NCBI GenBank assembly: GCA_964187785.1
Contig: OZ076409.1
Span: forward strand, 21,268,001-21,332,000
DNA from: Amphiscolops sp. MND2022
Lineage: Eukaryota
Direction of reading: 5' to 3'
DNA: 64,000 bases
Positions 1 through 12,510 of this stretch are shown piece after piece. The notes under the pieces were generated by a model. It saw nothing but the letters and a program-made list of their open reading frames with translations. It made no database searches and was not told where the DNA came from. The stretch's first letter is position 1. Each line of letters opens with the position of its first letter. A program made the position numbers and the translations under genes.

Positions 1-874
1 TATATATTTTCAACACTTTCAACTAATATCATATTTCAACATATTTTCAACTAATAACAACTAGTTTTCAAATAGTTTTTTCTTTATCGAAAACATTATT
101 TTTCTTCCTTACATGCTGATGATACGTATGATACTAGTGGAGTCTCTCATAAATTTAGAAATGTTTTCAGGACAACCAAAGATTTTTTTTTGAATTTTTG
201 AATTACGTTTCGAGTTACTTGGTTTTTTCTCTGGAGTTAACGCTTTATCTCATAACGAGACAACCCGGTAAAATAGGTTTCAGGCACGCAGCTGTATGAT
301 CTCGGACATTTCAAAAAGTCTGTCGGAAGTTTGCAATTTGTTTTTTCTTCTTCTACCGTGACGGTCACTTCTGGTGGCTATCATAACTTTTGAAATTGTT
401 TTCATAATCATTAAGCCAGTATCATCGTTTTTGTGATTTGTTTCTGGTTTCTTGCTTAAACAGGTGTTGTATTTCAGATCGAAATGATACAAAAACCAAT
501 CATCACTCATGCTGGCATCAATTACGTGAAACTCATATTCCTGAACCTCTTGTTCCCGAATGTGTTCCTGCTGGAAAGCAATGACTGTCTTCTTCCCAAT
601 GATCGCAGGAAGGCTACAGATTTCCTCAAGAAGCATTTAAAAGGTTTATTTTCATTTATCAAAAACATACATACTACGTTTTGAACAATTACGTTTACGA
701 TCTCTAGTTAGTAACTAGAGATCGTAAACGTAATTGTCCAAAACGTGGTTGTGAGATGTAAGGAATGCACTTAAGCATAGCATTGTAGTTGATCGTTCGT
801 GGCACGTTTTGATTCATGATTGTTGCAGGACTGAACGTAAACTTCTCTGATGTATACAAGCCCCATGGATCCAG

Positions 875-1447
875 CAATTCCAATCTCTTTACCAGTTACT
901 TGATTTGCTTTGACAGAGAGAACTCAAAGATATTCCAAAGTGTAAAGATCTCTATGAGATTTATTACCAGTCAACTTTATGTCTTTTCGTTGATCGTGCG
1001 TTGACGCCATACAAATTGAAACTGGATATTTTACTCAGACTTTTTGAGAAGTGTGAGCTTCTGTCTCCATTTTATTACATGACAGAAGGAACTGAAAAAA
1101 GCCACCACACGGCAGCCAAAGACTACAATACGAAGACAATGCGTGATGGTGGCAATGATGCTTGGAACATGTCATCCAGTTATCTCGATATTCAGTTTTC
1201 CTTCTACCGTGCAATTGATTTATAATCTTCAAAGTCTTCGACACTTGAATCTTACCGGAAGTTGTATAGAAAAACCGACGTGACAAAGACGTATCTTGAA
1301 ATTTGCTGTGAACCCATTCCAGAACCGGAACTTGACTATCTTAGAACTGAAGACATGTTTAGAGGTATGCACTTTGTCATTCTTGGAACATATGGTCACC
1401 TGAAAGAAACTCAAGCGAGTCGTGAGAAGAAGATCACTGGAAATGGA
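875..1447 (+). repeat. 573-bp copy of 3335-3907 inserted into the transposase 5' exon
   Basis: Appears base-identical to 3335-3907 (offset 2460), including both nonsense codons. Confidence 0.95.
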
Positions 1448-3814
1448 CGTATTCAATTTATTGATAATATCTGCACCTCCATCATTGATTCCCTGGACGA
1501 CTGAAAGAGTTGGCTATTTACGACAATTTTTCCCTTCGTTGCCCATTCCAGGCTCAACCTCTTTTTTAACAATTGACACTATTTTTTCACAACAGTCATT
1601 GGAAACAGGCGTTTCGCTGCAGAATTTTTGGAGCTCTTCTTTGAAGACTATATCAGAATTAGAAATTGCATTGGGTCATTTTATTGAAATTCTCAAGCAG
1701 TTTTTCACAAGTCAAACTTTGAAAATCAAGAAAAAAAACACCTTAGTTCATAAACTTCTTCATTTATTTCTGCCAAACTTGTTTTGCCTTCAAAGGGAAG
1801 ATATTCAAATGGAGATTCAATGCCTACTTACTCTCAGTAATCCTCAGGATCTTTTAGTCAAAATACGTCGACTTATACAATGCCCTTTCATCAAATCCAC
1901 CATTCTCCCTTCAAGACGTGAACTTCAAGCAATCACATACAAATTGAACGAAGATTTCAGATCAAAACTTACTCCCAGAAGAACCCCCACTAGGTTCCGT
2001 GTTAATCTTGTTACTTTTGTCAGATTCGTTGCCTGCAATTTGTATAACAAGACCAGCTTAGACGGCTTGGGAGTCGACATTTATTGGTGATGCAATGTCT
2101 CGGGGGAAAAAGACGTCGTACGAATGGCCTTCCGAATTTTGCAAAGCGGCATCGAAACTGAGCAATCCTCAACCCATGTCTTCACGTTTGCTGTGTTTGA
2201 GGTGAGTCGTTCAATTTTTAATCTGAAAATTCGGAACTTGATTTCTTTTGTGAGCTACATCAAAATGTTTATTGAGAACCTAATTTTGGTCCCTGTTGTG
2301 AGCTACACTTAATAGTTTAGTGGTAACGCAAATCTAAATTTGGTCCCTGTCGTGAGTTACACTTAAATGATTACTAAGTTGTTGGAAAACCAATTTGGTC
2401 CGTCTTGAGCAGCACTCAAATGTTTTGTTGATATAATTCTAAATTTTTCCCTGTTGTGAGAAACTGGAAGTTGAAATATGAAATTTTGGAATGTTTCCCA
2501 GGGTAAAGATGCGCGAATTAACCTGGAATACAATCTCGCCATGTCAGAAGTGTTTGGACGCCCTGGATGGCTATACAACGAAACAAAGGCCTTGCATGAT
2601 GAAGGTGCTATACTGAGTTGTTCGGGTGATTCACCATTCCAACTGCGTGTTTTAAAAGGTGTTAGCAGTGATGTCTCTTGTCTGTCAAAGATGTGTCTTT
2701 ATGTCAGTGATCCTGCAGATATTTCGAATCCACCACTGAAACAGACAAAAAAAGACACCGCTGAATATAAGAGAGAAATGGAAGGAAGGGGGGTGATTCT
2801 TCCGTCAACTGTCGATTATGCTACTGGCCGAAGAACAGAACTGATCATTGACATCAACGAATGCATCCCAAAAGACTCTCTCATTTTTCTTAAATCCACT
2901 TTCAATACATGGCCTGATTTGCTGCATATGGTTGTCCGTTCAGTCGAAAGTGACTTGAAGTTGCATGTGGACTCGATGTTGCTGTTGAAAGACCAAGCAG
3001 CAATATGTAGACTCGAATGTAACATAACGGAACGGAACGAAATGTGAAACCGCCGAGATTCAAGTTGGAGATCGTTGAAAAACTCTGCAAGGCTGTATCT
3101 CTCAGTTTCAGAGACGCCGAAGTCATAATATCCGACTGCAACAGAATCAGCGACTGCGGCCGATTAGACAGCCCAATTTTTGAAGGTGTGTTTTCATTCG
3201 AAACACCTCATGTCTACAAAGCTGACCAAACAACCTCTACAACGTCTTATAACGTATTGATATCATTGGTTGATGGGTTGGAGACATCTTTCACAAAAGG
3301 AGTGGGTATTTCTGTTCGGAAACTGGCTGACCTCCAATTCCAATCTCTTTACCAGTTACTTGATTTGCTTTGACAGAGAGAACTCAAAGATATTCCAAAG
3401 TGTAAAGATCTCTATGAGATTTATTACCAGTCAACTTTATGTCTTTTCGTTGATCGTGCGTTGACGCCATACAAATTGAAACTGGATATTTTACTCAGAC
3501 TTTTTGAGAAGTGTGAGCTTCTGTCTCCATTTTATTACATGACAGAAGGAACTGAAAAAAGCCACCACACGGCAGCCAAAGACTACAATACGAAGACAAT
3601 GCGTGATGGTGGCAATGATGCTTGGAACATGTCATCCAGTTATCTCGATATTCAGTTTTCCTTCTACCGTGCAATTGATTTATAATCTTCAAAGTCTTCG
3701 ACACTTGAATCTTACCGGAAGTTGTATAGAAAAACCGACGTGACAAAGACGTATCTTGAAATTTGCTGTGAACCCATTCCAGAACCGGAACTTGACTATC
3801 TTAGAACTGAAGAC

Positions 3815-4147
3815 ATGTTTAGAGGTATGCACTTTGTCATTCTTGGAACATATGGTCACCTGAAAGAAACTCAAGCGAGTCGTGAGAAGAAGATCACTGG
3901 AAATGGAGGAAATGTTGTTTCCAATGTAGACATCATCAACAGAAGCAAGCTGAATTTTTTGAGTTATCACTATTGCATTTTACCAAATCGAAATTGTATC
4001 GACGCATTCATTAAAGGTCAACAAGGTAAAGAAAAAGCTGCAACGAAGGCGCTTTCCAATACGATACTCAGTAACTGGATTTACTTGAACGCTGAATTTG
4101 TAATCGCCTGTGTACAGAAGAAGTCCTTGATTGATCCCAAAGATTAT
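3815..4147 (+). CDS. BRCT domain, in frame with the transposase C-terminus
   Basis: MFRGMHFVILG...KKITGNGGNVV...HYCIL...LNAEFVIACVQKKSLIDPKDY matches the BRCT pattern F-x-G-x-x-F...I-x3-GG-x-V...thli...(W/F)-x3-C...Y. Confidence 0.7.
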
Positions 4148-4484
4148 GTTTTTGAAGTAGATGAGTCTGCGAGAGCCAAATTCAAAACGATGAAGTACAT
4201 ATCTATGGCCCCACAATTACAACGTCAATCAAACCCCCTACGACATGGTTCATTAACTTACCACACAGCAATGCGGAAGTACAAGAACGCACTAAAAAGG
4301 CCACCTTGAAGAGAAAACTAGACGACGTTTAATATCTGAAAATTTACTTATTTTATTACTAATTCAGTAAACAAGGTCCCTTTGACCGCTTCATTATCAA
4401 TTCAGTGCATATCTAAAAACTTACTTATTTTATCAGATAAGGTCCCTTTGACCGCTTCATTCTCAATTCAGTGCTATCTACTTG

Positions 4485-7400
4485 ATGAACCAAAGAAAAC
4501 GGCTGCGGCCAGATCATTTTCGCCAAAAAACTGCTGAAAAAGCACTACATTACAAAGTATTGTAAGGAGCAGCAAAAACGGAAAGCAGAAGGTCTCCCTA
4601 CCCGAATGTACCAGTACGGTTAGTCATTACAATGTATGTTAAAAATTGATCGACTTGTAACATTTTGAAAAGTCCAGTTTATCATGCCCGAAACGATAAG
4701 GGAAACTCAATGATTTTGAAAAAAAGTCTAGGTCTCAAACAAAAAGTGTGTTTTCATTCATGTTACTTCTATGTTACAGCAGCTGCAAAAGGCTTGACGC
4801 GGAGGCCTAACTTATGCTACGGCAGAGGTTGTGGAAAGTCATATGTTTACCCTTATGACTTGCGCGTGCACCTTTTGAAGAATCCTCAATGCCAGGAAGG
4901 AGCGAATGTGAGTGCCTGTCCTATTTTTTCCTCTTTAAGAACACATGTTGAATAATTTGATTGACCATTTGATTCTCGAAACGCCGTGTTTTACACGGTG
5001 ACAATGTGGCTGGAACTCCGAATGAGTCATATTATCGTGGCAACTGCTTAGGCTGCAGTTTCTTTGGGCTCCGATTCGTCTAGCAACGCTGACGAAATAT
5101 TCAGGCCAGAAGATTTCAACCACATTCCTTCTGATGTGTTTGGATCTGATTAATTTTTCAAGTTTGCGATGGAAGTTCCCCTCGACTACAAGTTTCCTGT
5201 AGCTCAATTTGAAGGCAACGTTGACGACCATGTCGTCAAATTCAATTCCCTGATGAGACACAGTGTGCCTCTGTTGTGGCGTGGAGGTGTCAACCATTGC
5301 CATGGTTTGAAGCTGCCTCAAGTGGAAGAACTCGCTTTCACTGAAGTTGTCCAAGAGCTTCTAGTCCCCCAGAAGCTACAAGCAAGTGCAGCAACCATCA
5401 ATGTCAAGTCGGCAAAAATTGGAGAAGTAAGTCTTTGGTAGAATTACTTTCAATTTGAAGCTTGTATTTTTCGTAAAATATCTGGAACAACTGCAATTTG
5501 ATCCCTGTCGTGAGCTCATTTTCCAACTTGGACAAGTCTTTGGTAGAATTACTTTGAATTTGAAGCTTGTATTTTTCGTAAAATATCTGGAACAACTGCA
5601 ATTTGATCCCTGTCGTGAGCTCATTTTCCAACTTGGACAAGTTGAACTTGTCGAACAAATGCATTTGAACTATTCTAACGAGCAGAAAGTTGTCCGTCTT
5701 ATTCCCGTCTTAGTCACTTTATGATCATTTCATTTCGGAGTCGTGACCTCAGTCTCGACGATTTCAAGCAGGAGCTCATCAACGCCGACAGAAGCAGCGT
5801 TTACTATCCTTTAAACGCTACAGACATCGCCATGCAGCCAAAGGTAAACAACATTGAATGAGCTCCTTTGATGGAAAACGCAAATCCACTGAAAAACGAC
5901 TTTTCCTTTTCTGTTTTTCACCAACCCCCTGTTTACTAGTAGTTGCGTACAAATTGGACATTGAGGATTTTGTTCAACATAATGCACATTGTTTTGAAAG
6001 AACTTCATCTTATATTGATTTTTTTGTCTTTTCAGTCCATCTACAGCGTGCCAACGATGATAAAAAAGTCGTCAGTGAACCACCTTGTGGACGAGCTGGT
6101 CAGTAAGTCAGCAGAACCGTTCTCAGTAGCGACTTCATACTACTTGCTGATCTCCAACGATGGTTGTCAAACAACTTGGCACACGGACTTCAGTTCAACA
6201 TCTGTCTTTTATACAGTCTTGACTGGGTCCAAGACCTTCTTTCCGGTTGCGCCAACTGAAAACAACATGAAGTTGTTCAATGCCTGGTCCAAACAAGAAT
6301 CCGACGACATGTGAGTTGAATTTTTTCACCAAGGAGTTTCAGCTTTTCTGTTCATCTATTTTTCTATTTTTTGCATCATTTTGCATCACGGGCCATCATT
6401 TTCGTACGTGTTTTCATTGAATTTGCGAAATTTTCAACTTTCAATGCACTATATTGTTTTTGCATTGCCGAAAATTTTAAGAATAGTTGCTTAGAGTTCC
6501 AACAGTTTTCGTTTTAGGCCAACATTTTTTAGATGCCACAAAAGACTGGAGGGGGGTTGCCTCAGGGTTATTCTTAATCCGGGCGACGTTTTCGCCATGC
6601 CGTCTCAGTACATCCATACAGTCCTCACAAGTGGAGACTCTGTGCCAGTACGGGCGAATTTCCTTTCAGAAGGTCATTCGAACCAGATCATGAAGGCGAT
6701 CATTGAAGAAGACTCCGTCAGGGAGCATGAGAAGTTTCCGGGCATGTTGGAAATGCTAGCTATTTTGATGCTCAAAGCATCAGAGAGATGCATGATAACT
6801 CCGGACTGACTTCCTTCGACTTCACAGGGTCATTGAGAATCGATATCAAGAAAGTGAAGCTGTTGCTGGGAGTTGTATTTTTTAGTTCACAATCGTTTCG
6901 AATCAAACTAAGTGATCGAATTAAGTATTTGTATAATGAAGCCGTGTTGTGACTCACAACAGGGATCAAAACTAAAATTGGTAATCATCAGGAATAATGT
7001 TGATGATGACGTTGTGGCTCACGACAGGGACCAAAATTAAAGGTGGTAATGATTACCAATTTTAATTTTGGTCCCTGTCGTGAGCCACAACGTTATCATC
7101 AACAATATTTGTTGATGATCAACAAAGTTGATCAAATAGCTTAGTGAGTTATCACGAGTTTTGTTTCAGATTTGCCCCGAATTCAGCAAGGAGAAACTCG
7201 TTTACAATATTTGCTCGCGCAAAGACTTCGTAAACGATGTTTGTGTCACCGCTTTCACGGAAACGGCCTCAAAAAAGGCATATCTTTTTTGCCCCAAGCC
7301 TTGCTTCAGAAGGAGGAACTGGTATACGAACGAGGACGGCGTGAAGGTCCACAAGGAAGCAATTTCTGAGGAGCGCCTCACTTTCTTGTGCCGAAGACCT

Positions 7401-7801
7401 GATGTTGACGAGCCGAATCGTGATGTTTTATTCAGCTATGAGGAAGCCATCACGTATGTTCACCCGCGACCGTCACAAACTGTCAGAGGTTTGCACAAAT
7501 TGCCGAAAAGAAAAACCCTCGTTCAAGACAGTGGTAAGTTTGCCTATTTTAGTTACATCCTGGTTGTTTCGTCTTAATATACATAGTGGTAATGTAAGTG
7601 ATAACATTCAACTCAAAACTGGTCACCTGGTTGAACATCCGTAAGGCTTACATTTGATTTTCTTATTTCCTAAAAAGACTTCAAAATGAAATTAATGGAG
7701 TTGTAATCGAATTCAATGTTTTTGTTTCAGAATTCAGACCATCTACTGATCGTTACGTTGCTTCGATCATGAGCCACCATGTCCCTGCATACAACTTGTA
7801 G
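4485..7801 (+). CDS. Spliced C2HC zinc-finger + JmjC (KDM2/KDM7-like) histone-demethylase-family gene, possibly damaged
   Basis: Exons ~4780-4907 (CYGRGCGKSYVYPYDLRVHLLKNPQC), 5163-5426, ~5740-5843, 6036-6310 (YLLISNDGCQTTWHTDFSSTSVFYTVLTGSKTFFPVAPTENN) and 6533-~6806 (LNPGDVFAMPSQYIHTVLTSGDSVPVRANFL); probable further exons 7170-7533 and 7731-7801. The Fe(II) triad H-x-D (6180-6188) and H (6615-6617) is present. The start codon and the TGA at 6807-6809 are uncertain. Confidence 0.8.
5429..5641 (+). repeat. 105-bp tandem duplication in a JmjC intron; each unit carries the 20-bp motif
   Basis: Two near-identical units beginning AAGTCTTTGGTAGAATTAC. Confidence 0.9.
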
Positions 7802-7969
7802 TTGCGTACAGACTGAGTTGTGCTTAAGAAGTTCTTGATCATTGTTAACTTAACATGTTGAACTTTCTTGTCTCCGAGTTATTTGTTGTGCTCAGTAAAT
7901 TGTACACTGTGGCTCGGTATAAACTTGTAGATTGAAAAACTGCTCTGGTTTTTTCGAATGACCGTCAAC

Positions 7970-8393
7970 CAGGGGTGTTAAATATTACATTGCAATACTA
8001 TTGCAATACTAATAAAACAATCTTTTGTTATTCTGAATTTTGTTGAAACAATAATTGCAATTATTGTGTCTATGAAAAAGATTGTTTGAAAAACCAATCA
8101 AATCAATTTGTTGATCAAATTAACATCCAAAAATTGTTCGTTGATCATTAGAAATGATTGGCATTCGAGATGCAAGGGCAGTTTTTTTTTGCGATTTTGA
8201 TATACAAAGTATTTATTAGTTTGACTGAAATGTCCGCCAAATTGGAAGTAGATGGTACCCAACGCATGTCTCCGAATTCTTTCCTTATTGTGAAAAATCA
8301 TCAATGTATTGTATTTGATAACGTTCTGGAAATAATTATTGTATACAATTTTATTGCAATTATTGTGACCTAGAATTATTTTTAACACCCCTG
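7970..8393. mobile_element. hAT-type MITE
   Basis: TIR CAGGGGTGTTAAA / TTTAACACCCCTG; 8-bp TSD CCGTCAAC at 7962-7969 and 8394-8401. Confidence 0.9.
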
Positions 8394-8684
8394 CCGTCAA
8401 CAACCGGTATTTTTTGTTCATAGCAAAATCAGCAAAACATTCAGCAAATTATTACGGCAAAGTCCAATTACCTCATAGTCTAGTTAAAATTTTTATTTTA
8501 ACTAATAATTTCATGGTAAAAAAAATTGTTGTTGACCATTATTCAATTATTAGGTTACTATTCATTCAATAAGTTAATGTGTACAATTTACCTTCGATTT
8601 ATAGTGCATTCAAAGTTTGTACAGCCTTGATCGTTTGTAAGTTTGCAACGTTCTGAGTTGTATCAACTGTGTTTTGGACAATTA

Positions 8685-8830
8685 CTGTCGGAAATGTCGA
8701 GTAGTTGTTCCCAAAAAAAGAGGGACATCTACCGTCAGAAATATCGGGTGGTTGTTTCCAAAAAAGAGGGACATTTACCGTCAGAAATATCGGGTGGTTG
8801 TTTCCAAAAAAATTATCAAATACCGTCAAA
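8685..8830 (+). repeat. Tandem repeat, ~46-bp unit, about 3 copies
   Basis: Recurring TACCGTCAGAAATATCGGGTGGTTGTTTCCAAAAAA. Confidence 0.8.
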
Positions 8831-9774
8831 ATCAATCATTGATGGCCGCCGGAAATCATCGGGTCATCGGAAGGGAGTTTCCAATTAACTTCGCCTTTGT
8901 GCTCCCTTGCATCGTATGTTTTCTCTTTCAGTACAAGCCGAGTATGAATAACAGAAGCAAAAGTCTCATTGTTAAGGAGAAAAACAGTGTTTAAGGTTGT
9001 TTAAGAATAGAAAAACGGCCAAAAGTCCCAATTCAGATTCAGTTGTCTGTAACTTTTTCAGTTTTCGTCTGAAGAATTTCAAAGTTAAATTAATGTAAAC
9101 TAGAAGAAAATTTGAGAATAGTTTCCTTCTGACAATTTTACAAATTTTCAATCGATTCCGAAAAAATCGAGCCTGAAAAAGCTCGGGGGATGTTTCCCTA
9201 ATCACAGTACTAGAGCTCTCAACCAATGAAATGAACATGTGGGCCTCAATTAGCCAATGATATCTATTCGTTCGTTTCGCCGGCGGCTGCTGTTTTTCAA
9301 AAGTTGATAAAAGTACTTCAAGTTGACTCAAGTTTGTTATGTTTGCTATAGACCAAGACTCAAGTTATTTCAATTATTCTTGACTCAGCAGCTCGGAGAA
9401 GCAACATGAATACAGGTACCTTTTGATCCCTGTCGTGAGCAAATATAAAACAGAGTTGCTAAACCAAATTTTAAGTTAAGTACCAGCTCTGAGAATCTGT
9501 ACCTGTTGTCAACTACAGTATCCTTCTTTTCTTACGATGTGTTTTCAGAAAGAAAACAACTTTCATTGAATATTGTATTTTGAATACAAAAATAGCACCA
9601 GTTTTATAATGGAATTTATGAACATTATAAAATCACAAAAAAATAATTGAAAATAAAAAACTTATCTCTTGTAGAGCAAATAAATAATGAGTTTTGAAAC
9701 TTTAAAGTTTCAAAAATAGTGGAAAAGTCGTTGAAATCATTTCAACGAAACTTTGAGTCCTTCGGGTTCAGACA

Positions 9775-10112
9775 TTATTTTAGCCTGAGCAGGCATCCTT
9801 GTTTCCTGCAGAGTGGGCACTTCACCCAAAGGGCACGATGAGTGCTTCCCCTGTGAATTTCAGGAATACAGGAATGCAAAAATGTAAAGGACACGCCTCA
9901 AAAAATTGATCAGTGAAAATTATCAGAAAGAAAAAGTGAAAACAGCTTCAATAACAGTTTTTCAAAGCAAAGTTCTGTGAAACTTACCTCTCAAGCACTT
10001 TGATCCAGGCTTGACGGCACTGATTGCATATCGCGTGTTTATCATCGAGAATCCAAATACGCGAAAAAATCTTCTCTCCACAGACAGCGCAAAGCATTTC
10101 CAGTTGGTTCAT
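9775..10112 (-). CDS. Two-exon 66-aa RING-HC-like finger protein
   Basis: Exon 1 10112-9988, GTAAGT..CAG intron, exon 2 9850-9775, giving MNQLEMLCAVCGEKIFSRIWILDDKHAICNQCRQAWIKVLERGSTHRALWVKCPLCRKQGCLLRLK*. Not in the supplied ORF track. Confidence 0.75.
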
Positions 10113-11367
10113 GTGTTTCAGGTGGTCAATAAGTACAATGATTTTTAAAAAGATATATCAGTCTTGTCACACGGTTGTTTGGAGATAGAATGGCCAACAA
10201 TCGGCCCGGGACATATAGAACACATCGTACGAAAGATTTGAACTTTATTTTGTCAGTATCTTGTTTCTATGTACGAACAACTTGCTTTGTTTCATGACTT
10301 GACAACTTGCAATTCCTTTTAATCTTTTCACTAAGCAACCACCTAGTTAATATATAACCTCTGTACCTGTAACAAATAAACGTCTCCACTTATTATTTGG
10401 TTTAGTAAACCAACGCGGTACTGCGGTAGTGCCACTTTCATTCAATTCAAAATAAGATGATAATCAAGATGATTCTTTCATATCAGTTATTATGTCGATA
10501 TAATTGTATTTGTACTTTGCGACCCTGTAGTACCACCTACTAATGTTAGTCAGAAGATTAAGTGTTTTTTCATGAAGTAAAATACTTTGTTCACATGAAA
10601 AGTTTCAATGGTTTCAAAAAATGAAATAAATAATACTTTACAGAATTGAATGACGTACATATGTATGTTTACAAAGTTTATGGAATTAACAAAGTTCATT
10701 CATTTATTACTACTAAAAAAATTAATAACGTACATATGTGGTTTTGATCCCTGTCGTGAGCAACATCAAGTTGTAACAAATAGTCTATACGAATCCGAAA
10801 CTCTGTTTGAGTCTAAAACTCTCTATCAATCTGAAAATCTGAAATGTATATTACCAAATCTCCAAGTACTTAAACGATTATTTAATTACCACTGCAGTAA
10901 ATTTAGAATTGAGGCGTGTTTAATAAAGACAACTGCCAGTGAAGGTGCCACAAGGCTGTTCAGTGAAGGTGTGTCGAAAACTGCTGAGAAGTCCTTACAC
11001 GATTAACTAATTACCACTGCAGGAAAGGGTAGATTTGAGGCATTTCAATTATGACTATTCAAATTTTGTCGATAACCGCAGCAAAGTCCTTACACGATTA
11101 ACTAATTACAATTACGAATTGAGGCTTTCTAATAATGACTTCTGAATTTCTGTCGAAAACTGAAAAGTCGATTCAGTCAAACCTTTTGCATCGATAGTGT
11201 CAACTTGCTTTCAATTCTATTAATATTGTCAACCTTTTTCTTTCGCAATCATCAACTTCTGTTCATCTTAATTTTATAATCAACTTCTGAACTTGTCAAA
11301 AATTTTTGACGAAAAGTAAAATCAGTCAATCAGATTATTCTTTCTCTCGCAATCATCAATATCTATC

Positions 11368-11805
11368 ATGTTCGATCCCGCAGCAATGACAATCAGGTCG
11401 TGTATTCGTCCAATAGATGAACTGATCTCAAACTGTGGACCACCACACAGAAAAAACGTGCGTTTTGCGGACTCAACCACTGTGATGACCAATCAACTTG
11501 AAACATCTCCGACACATCCGAGAGCTTGGAGGATCAAAAGAAGCGCACCTATTCCTGACAACCCACTCCCGCACCCACTCCCAACAACTCCACCCACTCT
11601 AATCTCCGGGAACAAAAAAACAGTAGTTCCGGGAACAAAAACAGTGAGGTTCCCTTTCATAGAAAGAGCTATATCACCGGATGGAGAAGTATCAGAGTCC
11701 GTCATTTCTTTAAAAGACTCGGAAACCAATCATTGTGATGAATACTGGAAACCTGGGGCTCTCGACGACAAGCCGTTTATAATGAACTGCCGAACAACAA
11801 GATAG
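11368..11805 (+). CDS. 145-aa Pro-rich ORF with two RVxF-like (PP1-docking) motifs
   Basis: Clean ATG-to-stop ORF in AT-rich surroundings; contains KNVRF and KTVRF, with RSCIR upstream. Confidence 0.45.
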   Translation: MFDPAAMTIRSCIRPIDELISNCGPPHRKNVRFADSTTVMTNQLETSPTHPRAWRIKRSAPIPDNPLPHPLPTTPPTLISGNKKTVVPGTKTVRFPFIERAISPDGEVSESVISLKDSETNHCDEYWKPGALDDKPFIMNCRTTR

Positions 11806-12510
11806 AATTTAAAGTTACTATTCTGCTCTTCTAGTACAGTTGTCACAACTGCACTAGAAGAGCAGAATAGTACAATAGTGTAAGAAATAAACTGAACCTT
11901 TTTTTGTAAGAAAAGAATTGGACCAAAACAAAACTTGCTCTGATTTTTGCTACCATCCAAGTTATTTTAAAATAAATTAAACAAACATTCTAGAGTTTTG
12001 TTGGGCACTTGAAATGTAGGTTTGCAAATAATGAAGAAACTTCCTAATTTAATTTTTCATTGATTGTATTTACTACTGAATGGGCATATGGGACATCATT
12101 TTGGACAATTTTGTAACATTTGCACTTAATTCGGAACTTTTGTTTATTTGGCAGGTACTTCTTCATTTACTAAAGCCATTCAACTATTTTACATCAAGAT
12201 AATTGCTATTATATAGTTCTGGAAAGGGGTTTTCTATTATTTAATTTCATTAACAATCTTAATACGTGGGAGAGAGCTATTTTTCGCAAAGATTGGGGAT
12301 TATGTTTTCGGTTATAGAATCTGCTAATTAAGGTGATTATACCCATTATCTTAGACATTCAATTGGTCCTTCCAGTCCCTTAATATCATGGCTAAAATAG
12401 AGAATGAACGAAATTCCCATGTAAAATGCTCTGTTTACATGCAGTCCAAACTATTTCTTACAAATAAGGGTTCAGTTCTTTTCTTACACTATTGTAACTT
12501 AAAATGTAAC

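Larger units (their letters stand above)
478..4309 (+). pseudogene. Spliced RAG1/Transib-like DDE transposase fused to a C-terminal BRCT domain (several stops and frameshifts)
   Basis: Motifs appear in RAG1/Transib order: LPSRRELQAITYKLN..TP..RV; G-D-A (GAT 2089-2091, shifted frame); AFRIL..QSSTHVFTFAVFE|GKD across a GT-AG intron 2202-2501; SGDSPFQLRVLKG (D 2628-2630); WPDLLHM (2910-2930); SLSFRDAEVII; LTPY; YMTEGTEKSH (E 3554-3556; compare RAG1 SEGNESGN). Lesions: TGA 2088-2090, frameshift ~3045, TGA 3371-3373, TAA 3683-3685. Upstream exons 478-643 and 829 onward are phase-compatible. Confidence 0.7.

Noticed and set aside
280..636. 118-aa minus-strand ORF
   Set aside because: It is antisense to plus-strand exons with good splice sites and has no recognisable motif.
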